A stretch of DNA of 64,000 nucleotides from Promethearchaeota archaeon (GTDB lineage: Archaea > Asgardarchaeota > Lokiarchaeia > Sigyniarchaeales > SOKP01). Under the pieces are notes generated by a model that worked only from the letters and a program-made list of their open reading frames with translations, was not told where the DNA came from and did not search any database. Position 1 is the stretch's first letter. The number at the start of each line of letters is the position of its first letter. This document shows, piece by piece, positions 20,944-30,845 of this stretch. The stretch covers positions 20,659 through 84,658 of the forward strand of contig JAHLWS010000069.1 of NCBI GenBank assembly GCA_019057795.1, given 5' to 3'. A program made the position numbers and the translations under genes.

Positions 20944-21057
20944 AGATATTCTTTATTCTTATTAAAGTTCAAAATTCTTCCTATTATTGCTATTTTAACA
21001 ATATTAAAAATATAATAAGAATAAGAAAAAAAGTAGTATTAAATGAAAAGATGATTT

Positions 21058-22299
21058 CTAAATAAAGGATGGAAGATACTTCAATATTGCATTTCTTGTA
21101 TTTTCAACGATACTCAAAAGCCAAGAAGTTCCAACTTTTAAATTGTGCTCGTCCAAATTTTGTATTACATTGATATAATCCTTATTTGTTGTATCTATGT
21201 TATTTATAAATTCATCCTTCATTTTCTCGTCACCAGAATACGATAGACATTCATTAAAGCATTTTTCGATTTTTTGTATGTTTTCAAGTAGTTCTCTTTT
21301 TTGATTTATCAACTCATTTGACACTTCATTACCCTTAATCGATTTATACAATTCAATGGATTTTTCCATCTTACTAGCTAATTGTTTGAATCTTTTAATT
21401 CTCTCGTTGAAAATAATCTCAAGTTTTTCAAGTGCACCTTCATAAAGTAGTTTTTCCATATCACTTCCTTGAAAAAACTTAGAACGTACAATTAGATACC
21501 ATTGTTTAAGAGCTATTATGTTTGCTATATATTCAATACAATTTATAACCCTTCTTTTAACGCTCCAATATAATCCCGGATAGAAATCCATATCCCCTTT
21601 TTGAGGCTCTTTACCCATTAAAAGTTTATGGCCTTGGGGACAATCTCCACGGTAAATAACTCCAGCTGCAATTACTGTCTTATAACCTATCCGACTAGGT
21701 CCTACTATTCCGCCTTGGCCCCCTAAAAAGATGGGAGGTTGATTGAGCATAACACCATATGCTACATCTCCAATTAAAGATGCAGTTGCTTTATCCTGAT
21801 TAGGTGTATAATTAAAATGAATATACGAACTACCCACTTCACTATGGTTTATTCTGCTCGTCCCGCCTGCCATTAAAACATCACAAAAATTAATAATGCT
21901 CCCTAATGTCACAAATGGAAAAAGAATTGTTTGTTTAAGACCTACTGTATGGGCACCATTTGCTTTCTCCTCCAGCAGGCATCCCTCCCGTACTTCAGCA
22001 CCATCCTGAAACATTGATCCTTTAAGAAATGTTGATCCTTCAAAATATCCACCTTTTAATTCAACTTTTCTCCCTAATTGACAATTTTTAATAGTAACTG
22101 GAGACCTACTGCCCAGCTTAACTCCCGGCATAATAAGTGTCTTTTTGCCAAATATTTTACATCCTGAGTGTATTGTAACATCCTCAGATGATATCAGATT
22201 AATGTTGACTTCCTCGCCTATTTCAACCGAAGAAGGATTTGGTATTTTGACTCCTTTTTCAATTAAAGCAGTAATTAATGAGTTTTTATTATTTACCAT
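21058..22299 (-). CDS. Left-handed beta-helix (hexapeptide-repeat) protein with about 170-aa C-terminal helical domain; GlmU-C-terminal-like acyltransferase candidate
   Basis: Hexapeptide-like turns across residues about 20-230, including HSEVGSSYIHFNYTPNQDKATASLIGDV...FLGGQGGIVGP. The C-terminus is helical and has no recognised motif. Confidence 0.55.
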   Translation of the reverse strand: MVNNKNSLITALIEKGVKIPNPSSVEIGEEVNINLISSEDVTIHSGCKIFGKKTLIMPGVKLGSRSPVTIKNCQLGRKVELKGGYFEGSTFLKGSMFQDGAEVREGCLLEEKANGAHTVGLKQTILFPFVTLGSIINFCDVLMAGGTSRINHSEVGSSYIHFNYTPNQDKATASLIGDVAYGVMLNQPPIFLGGQGGIVGPSRIGYKTVIAAGVIYRGDCPQGHKLLMGKEPQKGDMDFYPGLYWSVKRRVINCIEYIANIIALKQWYLIVRSKFFQGSDMEKLLYEGALEKLEIIFNERIKRFKQLASKMEKSIELYKSIKGNEVSNELINQKRELLENIQKIEKCFNECLSYSGDEKMKDEFINNIDTTNKDYINVIQNLDEHNLKVGTSWLLSIVENTRNAILKYLPSFI

Positions 22300-22478
22300 A
22301 TAATCTTATCTCTTTTCTGGTTCATATTTCTTATTTTTTTAATAAAAATAATTTCTAACTTCTAATAAACCTTTTTTAGTAAATTATTGTCTAATTCATT
22401 TATTCCCTCAATTCAACTTCTAACATATTATTACTATTACACACTCTGCTGAAGTGTCCCAACAAGATGTGAGAATTA

Positions 22479-23765
22479 TTATAAACTCTTCTTAATAATC
22501 CCTTTATTTGGATCATGGTAATAAAGAGTATTTGGAGGGATATCCTCACTTACTATTGTATGGGCTCCGATTCTTGAATTTTCACTAATGATTTTACCTG
22601 TCATTATGCTTACATTTATTCCGGTTTTAACGTTTGGTCCGATAATAGTACCTAATTTTCTTCTTCTTGAATCAACTAACTGACCTTTAATAGACACCTT
22701 AACGCTTTTTTCATCAAGTCTTAAATTTGCAACTTTAGTTCCTGCTCCCAGATTTACATTCTCACAAATAATTGAATCTCCTACGTAATTAAAGTGAGGA
22801 ATTGTAGTATTTGATAAAATAATAGAATTTTTAATTTCACTCGTGCCAATGTGGCAATCATTAGCAATGAAAGTATATGGTCTTATAAACGAATTAGGCC
22901 CGATTAAATTGTTATTTCCGATATAACAAGGCCCCTGAATATAGGAGCCAGAACGAACATTAGTTCCTTCGCCAATATACACTTTCCCTGAGATTTGAAC
23001 ATTATCTTCAATCTTGCCTATTATTTTATTTTCTATTTTGTCTAAAAGATAACTATTGGCATCTAAAAATTGCCAAGGTAATCCTATATCGCTCCAGAAA
23101 TAGTTTTTTATCGTGTAACCTGCAATATTTCCTTTAAATTGGTTTATCAGAATTTCCATAGAATCTGTAAATTCATATTCCCCTCGAATAGATTTTTCAG
23201 TTTTTTCAATTGCTTGAAAGATTTTAGATTCGAATATAAAAATTCCTGCATTTGCTAGATTTCCTACATTCATCTCTGGTGTGGGTTTTTCAATAATTTT
23301 TTCAACAAAACCGTTAGGATTTAAAGAGATGATACCAAATTCTTCAGGATTTTTTACTTCCATTAATAAAATTATACCTTCCACCTTGTTTTCATTAAAT
23401 TTTTGAACAATTTCTTGATAAACTTTAGGTTCTACTAATAAATCTCCATACATCATTAAGAAAGGCTCGTCTTTAATAAAGTCCTTGGCAAAACCAAAAG
23501 CATGTGCTGTACCTAAATATTCTTCTTGGGTTTTATATTCTATTTTAATTTGAAATTTATCAATTCCATTGCCAAAATAATTTCTAATTATATCTTCTTT
23601 ATATCCAACTATTAATAAAATTTCATTAATCCCTGCGTCCTTTAACCCTAAGATTGTATGTTCAAGTAAAGGCTTGCCAGCGATAGGAATCAGAGGTTTT
23701 GGGCGAGAAAAAGTTATAGGCATCAATCTCTTTCCCTTTCCTGCTGCAATTATTACCGCTTTCAT
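22479..23765 (-). CDS. glmU: Bifunctional sugar-1-phosphate nucleotidylyltransferase/acetyltransferase (archaeal GlmU type)
   Basis: N-terminal MKAVIIAAGKGKRLMPITFSRPKPLIPI nucleotidyltransferase signature and C-terminal LbH repeats. Confidence 0.8.
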   Translation of the reverse strand: MKAVIIAAGKGKRLMPITFSRPKPLIPIAGKPLLEHTILGLKDAGINEILLIVGYKEDIIRNYFGNGIDKFQIKIEYKTQEEYLGTAHAFGFAKDFIKDEPFLMMYGDLLVEPKVYQEIVQKFNENKVEGIILLMEVKNPEEFGIISLNPNGFVEKIIEKPTPEMNVGNLANAGIFIFESKIFQAIEKTEKSIRGEYEFTDSMEILINQFKGNIAGYTIKNYFWSDIGLPWQFLDANSYLLDKIENKIIGKIEDNVQISGKVYIGEGTNVRSGSYIQGPCYIGNNNLIGPNSFIRPYTFIANDCHIGTSEIKNSIILSNTTIPHFNYVGDSIICENVNLGAGTKVANLRLDEKSVKVSIKGQLVDSRRRKLGTIIGPNVKTGINVSIMTGKIISENSRIGAHTIVSEDIPPNTLYYHDPNKGIIKKSL

Positions 23766-23995
23766 ATAAGATATTAGTTTAAGATTATATTAAAAACTTC
23801 CTCTATAATGCCATTTAGGGCAATAGGACTATTAAACATCTCTAATAATGAGTGAAGTCAAGATCTTTAATGAAGATTCATTGTTCGCAAAATAATTATA
23901 ATATCATTACAGTATCTTAACTAAAAATCCTTTCTAGTGCCTTGCATTTATTTATTATTTATATTTATACATTAAAACTAGAATTGATATGATGA

Positions 23996-26746
23996 TTATT
24001 CTATCTTCTTAGGAAGGGAGAAATAAAACGTGCTTCCCATGTTCTTCCCTTCTGATTCCATCCAAATTTTCCCCCCGTGTGATTCCACAATTCTCTTTGA
24101 AATAAATAGCCCTAAACCAGTACCATCAATTTCTAAATCAAGACCTTGACCATAACGTTCTATTTTTCCAAATTGTTGAAAAAGTTTCTTTTTCTGATCT
24201 TCATTAAAGCCAATTCCGTTATCTTTTACTGAAACAACAACAAGCTCTTCTTTTAATTCTGTCTTTATTTCAATTTTCCCCCTGGGTGGAGTGTACTTAA
24301 TCGCATTAGATAGTAAATTAGAAAGAACATCGTGAATCTCCTCTTTTTCAATATTTGCGTACAACTGGTCATGTATATCTAATTTAATTGAGTGCTTTCT
24401 TTTTTCTGCCATAGGTTCTAATTCAAGCACGCAAAAATTTATGAGAAATGATAAGTCTTCCCTTTGCTTACTCGGTCTTAATTCGGGTGATTCTAATCTA
24501 GAAGATTTTAAAAGGTTGTTAATAATATTCTGAAGTCTATCGCAACCAGCATTTATCTCTCGTAGTTTTGAAATAATAGATGAATCTAATTGATCTTCAT
24601 GTAAAGATAATATGAGTTCAGAATATCCCTTAATTGAAATGAGGGGGGTTTTTAATTCATGAGAAGATCTTCTAAGAAACTCAGATTTTAGTTTACTTAC
24701 TTCTCTTAAATTTTCCTCAACATGCTTTCTCTCAGTAATATCCATGCCATATATGTTTACATAATTAGTACCTCTTATGGGTGTAAAAGTAAAGGAGTAA
24801 AAATTCTCACCAAATCTCACTTCTGATTCAGTAATTTGATTGCTTTCAAACGAATGTTTCACGTTTTCCTTTATGATATTTGGGATTTGATTATAATCTA
24901 TTATGTTAAATAATTTTTGACCTGCATAGTTTATATAAATAACTTCATCTCTATTCACTCTTAAAACGGGATAGGGATTCTCTGATGGAAATTGAGCTAA
25001 ATCAAAGATTTCTTTCTCCTTTTTCTTGCGCTCGGTGATATCTGTAAATATAATTCCAAGATTATCTCCTACTTTGAACGCTCTTATCGAGAGTTGAGAG
25101 GAAGATTGTCCATCTATTCTATTAAAAATACCATCTTCTGTAGAAAACGGTTTTCCAGTTTTAATGACTTCAATATATTTGTCATATCTCCCAGTTTCTT
25201 TAAGATTTGGTACGATATCTAAGATGTTTTTTCCGATTATTTCCTCTTTAGTCATCCCTATAGTTTGTAGCGTTACCTTGTTCACATCAATATAATTCAA
25301 TTGTGCATCATAAAGGACGAACCCATCGGTAGCTGAATTCATGAAACTCGCTAATCGCTGTTCTGATTCTTTTAATTTTTGTTCTGATATCTTTTGTTTG
25401 GTAACATCTCTAAAACTCCATACACGTCCCTTAATCTCTCCTGCGTGAATTAGTGGACTAGATAAGCGATCAAAAATCCTTCCATCTTTAAATAAGAGAG
25501 TATCAAAACCTTCGCTAGCAGATCTATAAAGTTGATTTACTTTTGAAAGAAAAGCTTCTGGGTCTGTTAATTGACTTAATACATAATCTAATAATTTTTG
25601 ATCATCTCTTTTTTCGATTAAATCCTGTGGAATACGCCACATGTCCGCAAATTTAGAATTAGTGTGCGTTACTTGACCATATTCATCAACAACAAGAATC
25701 CCATCTGCAGTAGATTCTAGGGTTGACCTCAAAATTTCTTCGGATTCTCTTAATTTTTGTTCTGATATTATTTTTTCGGTAACTTCTCTAGCGAAACCGT
25801 AAAATCCGATCTTATTTCCTTCAGAATCGTGTATTAAATCGATAAATCCTTCCAAAAATACTTGTTTTCCCCTATTCGTTAACCCTTTAGCTCTATTAGT
25901 ATGAGGAAGGGGAATTCCTGATTTATAAAGTTGGTTAAACATTTTAAATAACTCTTTAGATGTCTTTTCGTCGAAAATCAAGCGAAAATTCTTTCCTAAT
26001 AGTTCTTCCTTTGAATATCCTACTGTTTTACACCAATAATCATTCACGAAGGTAAAATTTCCCTTAAGATCGAGAGCATAATATCCTTCCATCATGTTTT
26101 CGAGAAGCTCTCTATATTTTTTCTCGGATTTTTTTAATTTGTGTTTGAATTTAGTCTGATCTGAGCCTTTGAATATCTCCCAGGTGCCCTCTCGCCTAAA
26201 AAGAGCACATTGATGATTGCGAACAGCATCCAAAATCTTAAAAGATCCGCATATTTCAAGGGAATAGGCGCAAACAGCAATTATATTATAGGAAGTGATT
26301 ATATTACTTATTTCTTCCTCAAAATCGTTGAAAACTTTCCAATCTTTATCTTCTTGCCAAAAAGTATTTCCTGTTAATCTTAATCCATTAAATCCATTAT
26401 CTAACGCACCATTATATTTATCTACCCATCGATTGAGAACGCTTTGCAGGTCAAATTCGTTATTTTCCTGATACAATTCTGTATATGGAATAATCTCTAT
26501 CTGATTTTTCTGTACATACGTATCAAACTTAGGTATAGCCATTCTCATAGCCTTCTCGGCATCTTTTTCATTTAACGGTTCAGAAGTTATCCACATGCAA
26601 TATTCATTATTCTCTAAACCTGCTTTAAAATAGGACACTAAAATCTCGAGAAGATCGCCTTGTGTTTGATAAAACATACAGAAATGAGTGCCCCATGGTA
26701 TAGTGCCTAAAACTTCAATCCCAGATTTTCTTTCTGATGATTTCAT
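23996..26746 (-). CDS. Sensor histidine kinase: N-terminal MEDS domain, about 4 PAS/PAS-like domains, HisKA, HATPase_c
   Basis: MEDS-like GTHFCMFYQTQGDLLEILVSYFKAGLENNEYCMW. Repeated PAS modules each end in ...DVT/ITE(R)K. H-box SSHELKTPL. N/G boxes NLLSNAIKYTP, DNGIGF, GTGLGL. Confidence 0.9.
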   Translation of the reverse strand: MKSSERKSGIEVLGTIPWGTHFCMFYQTQGDLLEILVSYFKAGLENNEYCMWITSEPLNEKDAEKAMRMAIPKFDTYVQKNQIEIIPYTELYQENNEFDLQSVLNRWVDKYNGALDNGFNGLRLTGNTFWQEDKDWKVFNDFEEEISNIITSYNIIAVCAYSLEICGSFKILDAVRNHQCALFRREGTWEIFKGSDQTKFKHKLKKSEKKYRELLENMMEGYYALDLKGNFTFVNDYWCKTVGYSKEELLGKNFRLIFDEKTSKELFKMFNQLYKSGIPLPHTNRAKGLTNRGKQVFLEGFIDLIHDSEGNKIGFYGFAREVTEKIISEQKLRESEEILRSTLESTADGILVVDEYGQVTHTNSKFADMWRIPQDLIEKRDDQKLLDYVLSQLTDPEAFLSKVNQLYRSASEGFDTLLFKDGRIFDRLSSPLIHAGEIKGRVWSFRDVTKQKISEQKLKESEQRLASFMNSATDGFVLYDAQLNYIDVNKVTLQTIGMTKEEIIGKNILDIVPNLKETGRYDKYIEVIKTGKPFSTEDGIFNRIDGQSSSQLSIRAFKVGDNLGIIFTDITERKKKEKEIFDLAQFPSENPYPVLRVNRDEVIYINYAGQKLFNIIDYNQIPNIIKENVKHSFESNQITESEVRFGENFYSFTFTPIRGTNYVNIYGMDITERKHVEENLREVSKLKSEFLRRSSHELKTPLISIKGYSELILSLHEDQLDSSIISKLREINAGCDRLQNIINNLLKSSRLESPELRPSKQREDLSFLINFCVLELEPMAEKRKHSIKLDIHDQLYANIEKEEIHDVLSNLLSNAIKYTPPRGKIEIKTELKEELVVVSVKDNGIGFNEDQKKKLFQQFGKIERYGQGLDLEIDGTGLGLFISKRIVESHGGKIWMESEGKNMGSTFYFSLPKKIE

Positions 26747-27019
26747 ATATTATTTTACCCATTTAATATTAACTTTTGGAAATAATTCTACTATTTGAGC
26801 CTATTAAATATCTTTTATTTTTTATTATTTAGAACTAGTTTTTTTATATAATTTTATTGTTTTAAAAAAACCTTAAAACAACTACGAAAAATTTATATTT
26901 TACGCTCAACTAAAAATTAAATAAATTTATAAAATTCAAAAGTCTTTTTAAATAAAGAATTTACACCTAATAATACCAGCTTTCATATAAGAGATTTGTT
27001 AACGTCTATTGAAAGCTTT

Positions 27020-28510
27020 TCACGCTTTTTCTACACGAAATATATGGCTATTCCAACCCTCTAATTCGATATATAATCCATTTTCACGAAGATCTTTTCC
27101 TTTATAAATATACTCGTTCCTTGTAAGCAGATCTGTAAACTTCCAGTTAAATAGTCCAAAATCTATATCTTCTATTATTAAATGCGCTTTGGAAGCAATT
27201 AAACTATAATTGACAACAATTAATAGTCGATCCTTATCTGTCCACCACTGATACGAAATAATATTATTGAAAGAGTTATCACTTGAACTGATAGGTTTAA
27301 CTTTACATAAAGACCATTTTGCATTATCAAACTCTCTTCCGGGAATAATTTCCAACAAATTGTCATAGAATTCCATCAGAGCTAAGTCATCTTCTTCTGT
27401 CGTCGCCCTTCCTAATTGAACAGGTAATTTTATTTCGTATCCTCGTGTTTGCCCTTCAAAAATCAATCGAGCGCCAGGTAGTGTTGATGTAATAACAACA
27501 GCAGCTTTTGAAGCTTCAGTTCCGAACACCGTTATAGCTCTTGGTTCATCGTGATTTTCAATAAAGCGGAGCAATTTTCTTTGGTAATCCAAATCTGCTT
27601 TAAGATGTTCGTTTACTCTCTGAGCATTATCATTAGCTAAGCGTTCGTATAGTTTCTTATCATAACAATAATCAAATCCTTGCTGCATCAATTCCCATTC
27701 CATATCCCAATACACTTCAGCTATAAACTTAAAATCGGGGAATTCATTTTTTACAGCAACAATAATTTCTTCCCAAAATTCTTTTTCAAGAGCTGGACCT
27801 ACTTTTACCTCCCATGTGCGGTTAAAAACGCTATTAGTCATTAACATTGCCATATCACATCTAACACCATCACATTGTTGGGCGATCGAAAGTAGCGTGT
27901 GAATGGCTTTTGAACGAGCTTCAGGCGAAAACGCATTGATTTGCACGGTGTCGGTCCATGCAGGAAAATTGGGATCGCGACCATGAGCATAAACAATATC
28001 TCCTAAAGAGAAAAAGTCGTATGGTTTAGCTATTAAATCATCTATAGTTCCTTTTATAAAAACATCTGATTTTTCAAGCGTCCATAGATGGTCTACTGAA
28101 ACATGGTTGGGAACATAATCTAAAAGTAGCAATATTCCATGGTCAGCTAATTCTTTGCGGAAGAAATCTAAACCATCTGAACCCCCAAGGTGAGAACTAA
28201 CGTGATAATAATATACTGAATATGGCGAACCAATAACATCATCGGTATTAAAATAATGTAACGCCTTACGATATTCTTCTTGTAAACCTTCGTGGTTAAT
28301 CGCAATTTCTCTTCCTATAGGACTTCTTTCCCATACTCCCATTAACCAAATTGCATCATAAGGAGTTAATTCTTGGTCAATTAATTCAACAGGTAATGTA
28401 TCTAACTTAATTGAATGGCCATATATCTCAGATAAATTGTTTAACCATGGCCACGTGTTAATTTCGTAAATTTTAGGGTGTTTAGGCCATATAATCTTTT
28501 TTATTGACAT
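27020..28510 (-). CDS. GH13 alpha-amylase-family glycoside hydrolase
   Basis: LLDYVPNHVS (region I), GVRCDMAM (nucleophile Asp region II), AEVYW (acid/base Glu), FIENHDEPR (region IV). Confidence 0.8.
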   Translation of the reverse strand: MSIKKIIWPKHPKIYEINTWPWLNNLSEIYGHSIKLDTLPVELIDQELTPYDAIWLMGVWERSPIGREIAINHEGLQEEYRKALHYFNTDDVIGSPYSVYYYHVSSHLGGSDGLDFFRKELADHGILLLLDYVPNHVSVDHLWTLEKSDVFIKGTIDDLIAKPYDFFSLGDIVYAHGRDPNFPAWTDTVQINAFSPEARSKAIHTLLSIAQQCDGVRCDMAMLMTNSVFNRTWEVKVGPALEKEFWEEIIVAVKNEFPDFKFIAEVYWDMEWELMQQGFDYCYDKKLYERLANDNAQRVNEHLKADLDYQRKLLRFIENHDEPRAITVFGTEASKAAVVITSTLPGARLIFEGQTRGYEIKLPVQLGRATTEEDDLALMEFYDNLLEIIPGREFDNAKWSLCKVKPISSSDNSFNNIISYQWWTDKDRLLIVVNYSLIASKAHLIIEDIDFGLFNWKFTDLLTRNEYIYKGKDLRENGLYIELEGWNSHIFRVEKA

Positions 28511-28731
28511 GATTAATTTAGGGTCGATTCATTCTTAGTATTAATGAATATTAAATATGCCTCCTAATATAAAAAATAAATCCTATTTTAGTTTCAAATT
28601 TCGAACAGAAGTTAACGAGTAATTTATTGTTAAGTTATTTTTTGTCAACTTTTTTAAAAATAAATATATATAAATTATTAGACAATCATATCTATAATAT
28701 CTATAATAAAGAAAAATAAAAGAAGTAAGTA

Positions 28732-29295
28732 TTGAAAATGAGTGAAGAGAAAGAAGCAATTCGAAAGCTTATAATGCTGATTTCAGATTTACGTGCTAAA
28801 GACGAGGAGCGTTACGAGGCTCACGTTAATTTTATGAACGAAACCATTAAAATGATTAGTGCAATTGAGTCTCAGATGAATAAACACTGGTCTACTGTGT
28901 TAGAATCCCTTAAGGAATTAAATGAGGACATAAACAATAATTTAGACAGTTTACTTACAGGAATAAACCCGAAAGGTCTAAGAGAAACGTCCAAATCGCT
29001 TCAAGAAATCATGGATACAATGAACAAGAGCGTTCAATCGATGAATTTGGAAAAGGTTTTAAGCGAACTTAAAGTTTTAAAAGCTTCAACAATACCAATA
29101 ACAGCAATTCCTGGGGCGGTTTCTGTAGGACAGCAACCAGAACAAATTACAGCTAATCTTAATCTGAACCCTCCGGGGGGTGCAGTAGCTTCACAAGAAC
29201 CTGAAGTATACGGATTTGTCCCCGGAAAAAAGAAGAAGAAAGAAGACGAAAATGACGAGCCGCACCTTATGAAGCCAAGTGACCTTTTTAAGTAA
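28732..29295 (+). CDS. Hypothetical helical protein with a disordered Pro/Gly/Lys-rich C-terminal tail
   Basis: ORF only. The helical N-terminal 120 aa are followed by PGAVSVGQQPEQ...PGKKKKKEDENDEPHLMKPSDLFK. Confidence 0.5.
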   Translation: MKMSEEKEAIRKLIMLISDLRAKDEERYEAHVNFMNETIKMISAIESQMNKHWSTVLESLKELNEDINNNLDSLLTGINPKGLRETSKSLQEIMDTMNKSVQSMNLEKVLSELKVLKASTIPITAIPGAVSVGQQPEQITANLNLNPPGGAVASQEPEVYGFVPGKKKKKEDENDEPHLMKPSDLFK

Positions 29296-29367
29296 TTTGG
29301 GAGATTTACTGGCTCAAAAAATCAATATAAGTCCACCTGCTGCCCGGGGATTAATTACTTAATCAAT

Positions 29368-30678
29368 CTAATACATATTTTTCAATCTTTCCATAAAAGG
29401 TTCTACACTTTTTTTGACTCCGTTTACATTTTCGCCTATTTTTTTGAAATTAATAACTATTGATGGTATATTTAATTCCGTTTTCATTTTATCCTTTAAT
29501 GTATCGTATGTTTTTGATATTGAAGGGCACCCAAATACCTGGTTGAAGATTAAACCATCTATGTTCATTCTTTTTGCTGCTGCTAAGTAGGAATTCGTCA
29601 TATTTTCTCTGTTGCATCCAATTCCTTTTGTTGATGCGTTCAATAGAAAACGAGAGTAATCTTCAATGGGGTCGGAATTTTTTGATAAAGGGATTTCTTC
29701 CAATAAACCTAGTAAGTCCCAATCAGCATAAATTATCCTTCCACCCAATTTATAAATAATTTCGTGTACTTCTGGTTCCCACCCTTGGTACATTGGGGCA
29801 AATAACACCCTTGGCATGTGAGAAACATCCATTCCTATACCTTTTTTGATCCTCTCTCTCATTTCTTTAACTAATTGACTCATATTATTTAAGTATCTTT
29901 GAGCGTTAGAATTATAATCTTGAAATGTTATTGTTAGAAGCGCTAGAATTTCCGCAAAGGATGCAGGATTACAAGGATAGAAATTTGAAGTACTGATCTC
30001 ATAAAGGATTGTTTTATAAAATCGCTTTACCTGGTTTCCTATTCGGAATTGTTTTTGTAAGCTACTATCTGTGACAAAATTTCCTGTTATACCCTCTAAA
30101 TCACTGATCCCCCTTTTTACACTGTTTATTATTTGTTCTAGTGCCTTATTTTCATTTTCTAGATTTTTAGGAGGAACCTCAATCGTTATTTGATTAGGGA
30201 CTGTTGTTTTTAACGATTCAGAAAACTTATTCCATTCACCACAACGCATAGCAAAGTTAAGATTAGCGTCTAAATTTTTGCCCTTTGATAAATGCATTCC
30301 ATAAAGAGCGTTAATTCCATAACATAATTCAGAGGGAACGCCATTATTAACACCTAATTCGTACATTTCATTATATTTACTATGAATCGAGGTAATAACA
30401 TCTTCAAGAATTTTATCGACTATTTTTAATATATCAAATTGACGAGCGAAATCTAGAAATTTTGATGTTAAACTCCAACCTAATACACTAGTGGCGGAAT
30501 TTAACATTGCTAAGTACTTATTAACTTCAAACGATTCCATTCGAATTGGAAAAACTGGAATCCCTCCAACGGCAAAAGCTAAATCTGGGAAACCTAAGGC
30601 AACTGAAATTAATTTTTTCTTTTCTTTAAACTTTTTCTTTTTTAGATACTCTCTACCTGTTAAAAAATTATAAGCCAT
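29368..30678 (-). CDS. 2-hydroxyacyl-CoA dehydratase / benzoyl-CoA reductase BcrC/BadD/HgdB-family protein, paralog 1 (solitary)
   Basis: Collinear and highly similar to 36617..37972, for example AYNFLTGREYLKKKKFKEKKKL..PVFPIRM, FYPCNPASFAEILALL, QDYNSN, MRERIKKGIGMDVS, YADWD, INFKKIGEN. Confidence 0.8.
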   Translation of the reverse strand: MAYNFLTGREYLKKKKFKEKKKLISVALGFPDLAFAVGGIPVFPIRMESFEVNKYLAMLNSATSVLGWSLTSKFLDFARQFDILKIVDKILEDVITSIHSKYNEMYELGVNNGVPSELCYGINALYGMHLSKGKNLDANLNFAMRCGEWNKFSESLKTTVPNQITIEVPPKNLENENKALEQIINSVKRGISDLEGITGNFVTDSSLQKQFRIGNQVKRFYKTILYEISTSNFYPCNPASFAEILALLTITFQDYNSNAQRYLNNMSQLVKEMRERIKKGIGMDVSHMPRVLFAPMYQGWEPEVHEIIYKLGGRIIYADWDLLGLLEEIPLSKNSDPIEDYSRFLLNASTKGIGCNRENMTNSYLAAAKRMNIDGLIFNQVFGCPSISKTYDTLKDKMKTELNIPSIVINFKKIGENVNGVKKSVEPFMERLKNMY

Positions 30679-30828
30679 TTTAAGAACAGACGTGAAACTT
30701 ACGACATCGTCAGCGTATATACTCGTTTTAAAACCAACTCTAGCTGCTATTATAAAATAAGAATTTTCTACAACTATAATTTAAAAATAGTCATCTAATT
30801 GTAATAAAATTTATGAGGTAAAGTATAA

Positions 30829-30845
30829 GGGTTTATGATTTTATT
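30829..30845. repeat. Direct repeat copy A1 (GGGTTTATGATTTTATT)
   Basis: Exact 17-mer that recurs at 33276..33292. Confidence 0.85.

Noticed and set aside
23988-24055. ATGATGA ... CTGA spacing reminiscent of a C/D-box sRNA
   Set aside because: It lies inside the 3' end of the histidine-kinase CDS. It lacks internal D'/C' boxes and a terminal stem, so the match is most likely chance in AT-rich sequence.
28732-29295. Possible ESCRT-III/Snf7-like protein (helical core with a charged C-terminal tail ending LMKPSDLFK)
   Set aside because: Size and tail composition are only superficially similar. I see no basic N-terminal helix or recognisable Snf7 motif pattern, and no Vps4 or other ESCRT gene lies nearby.
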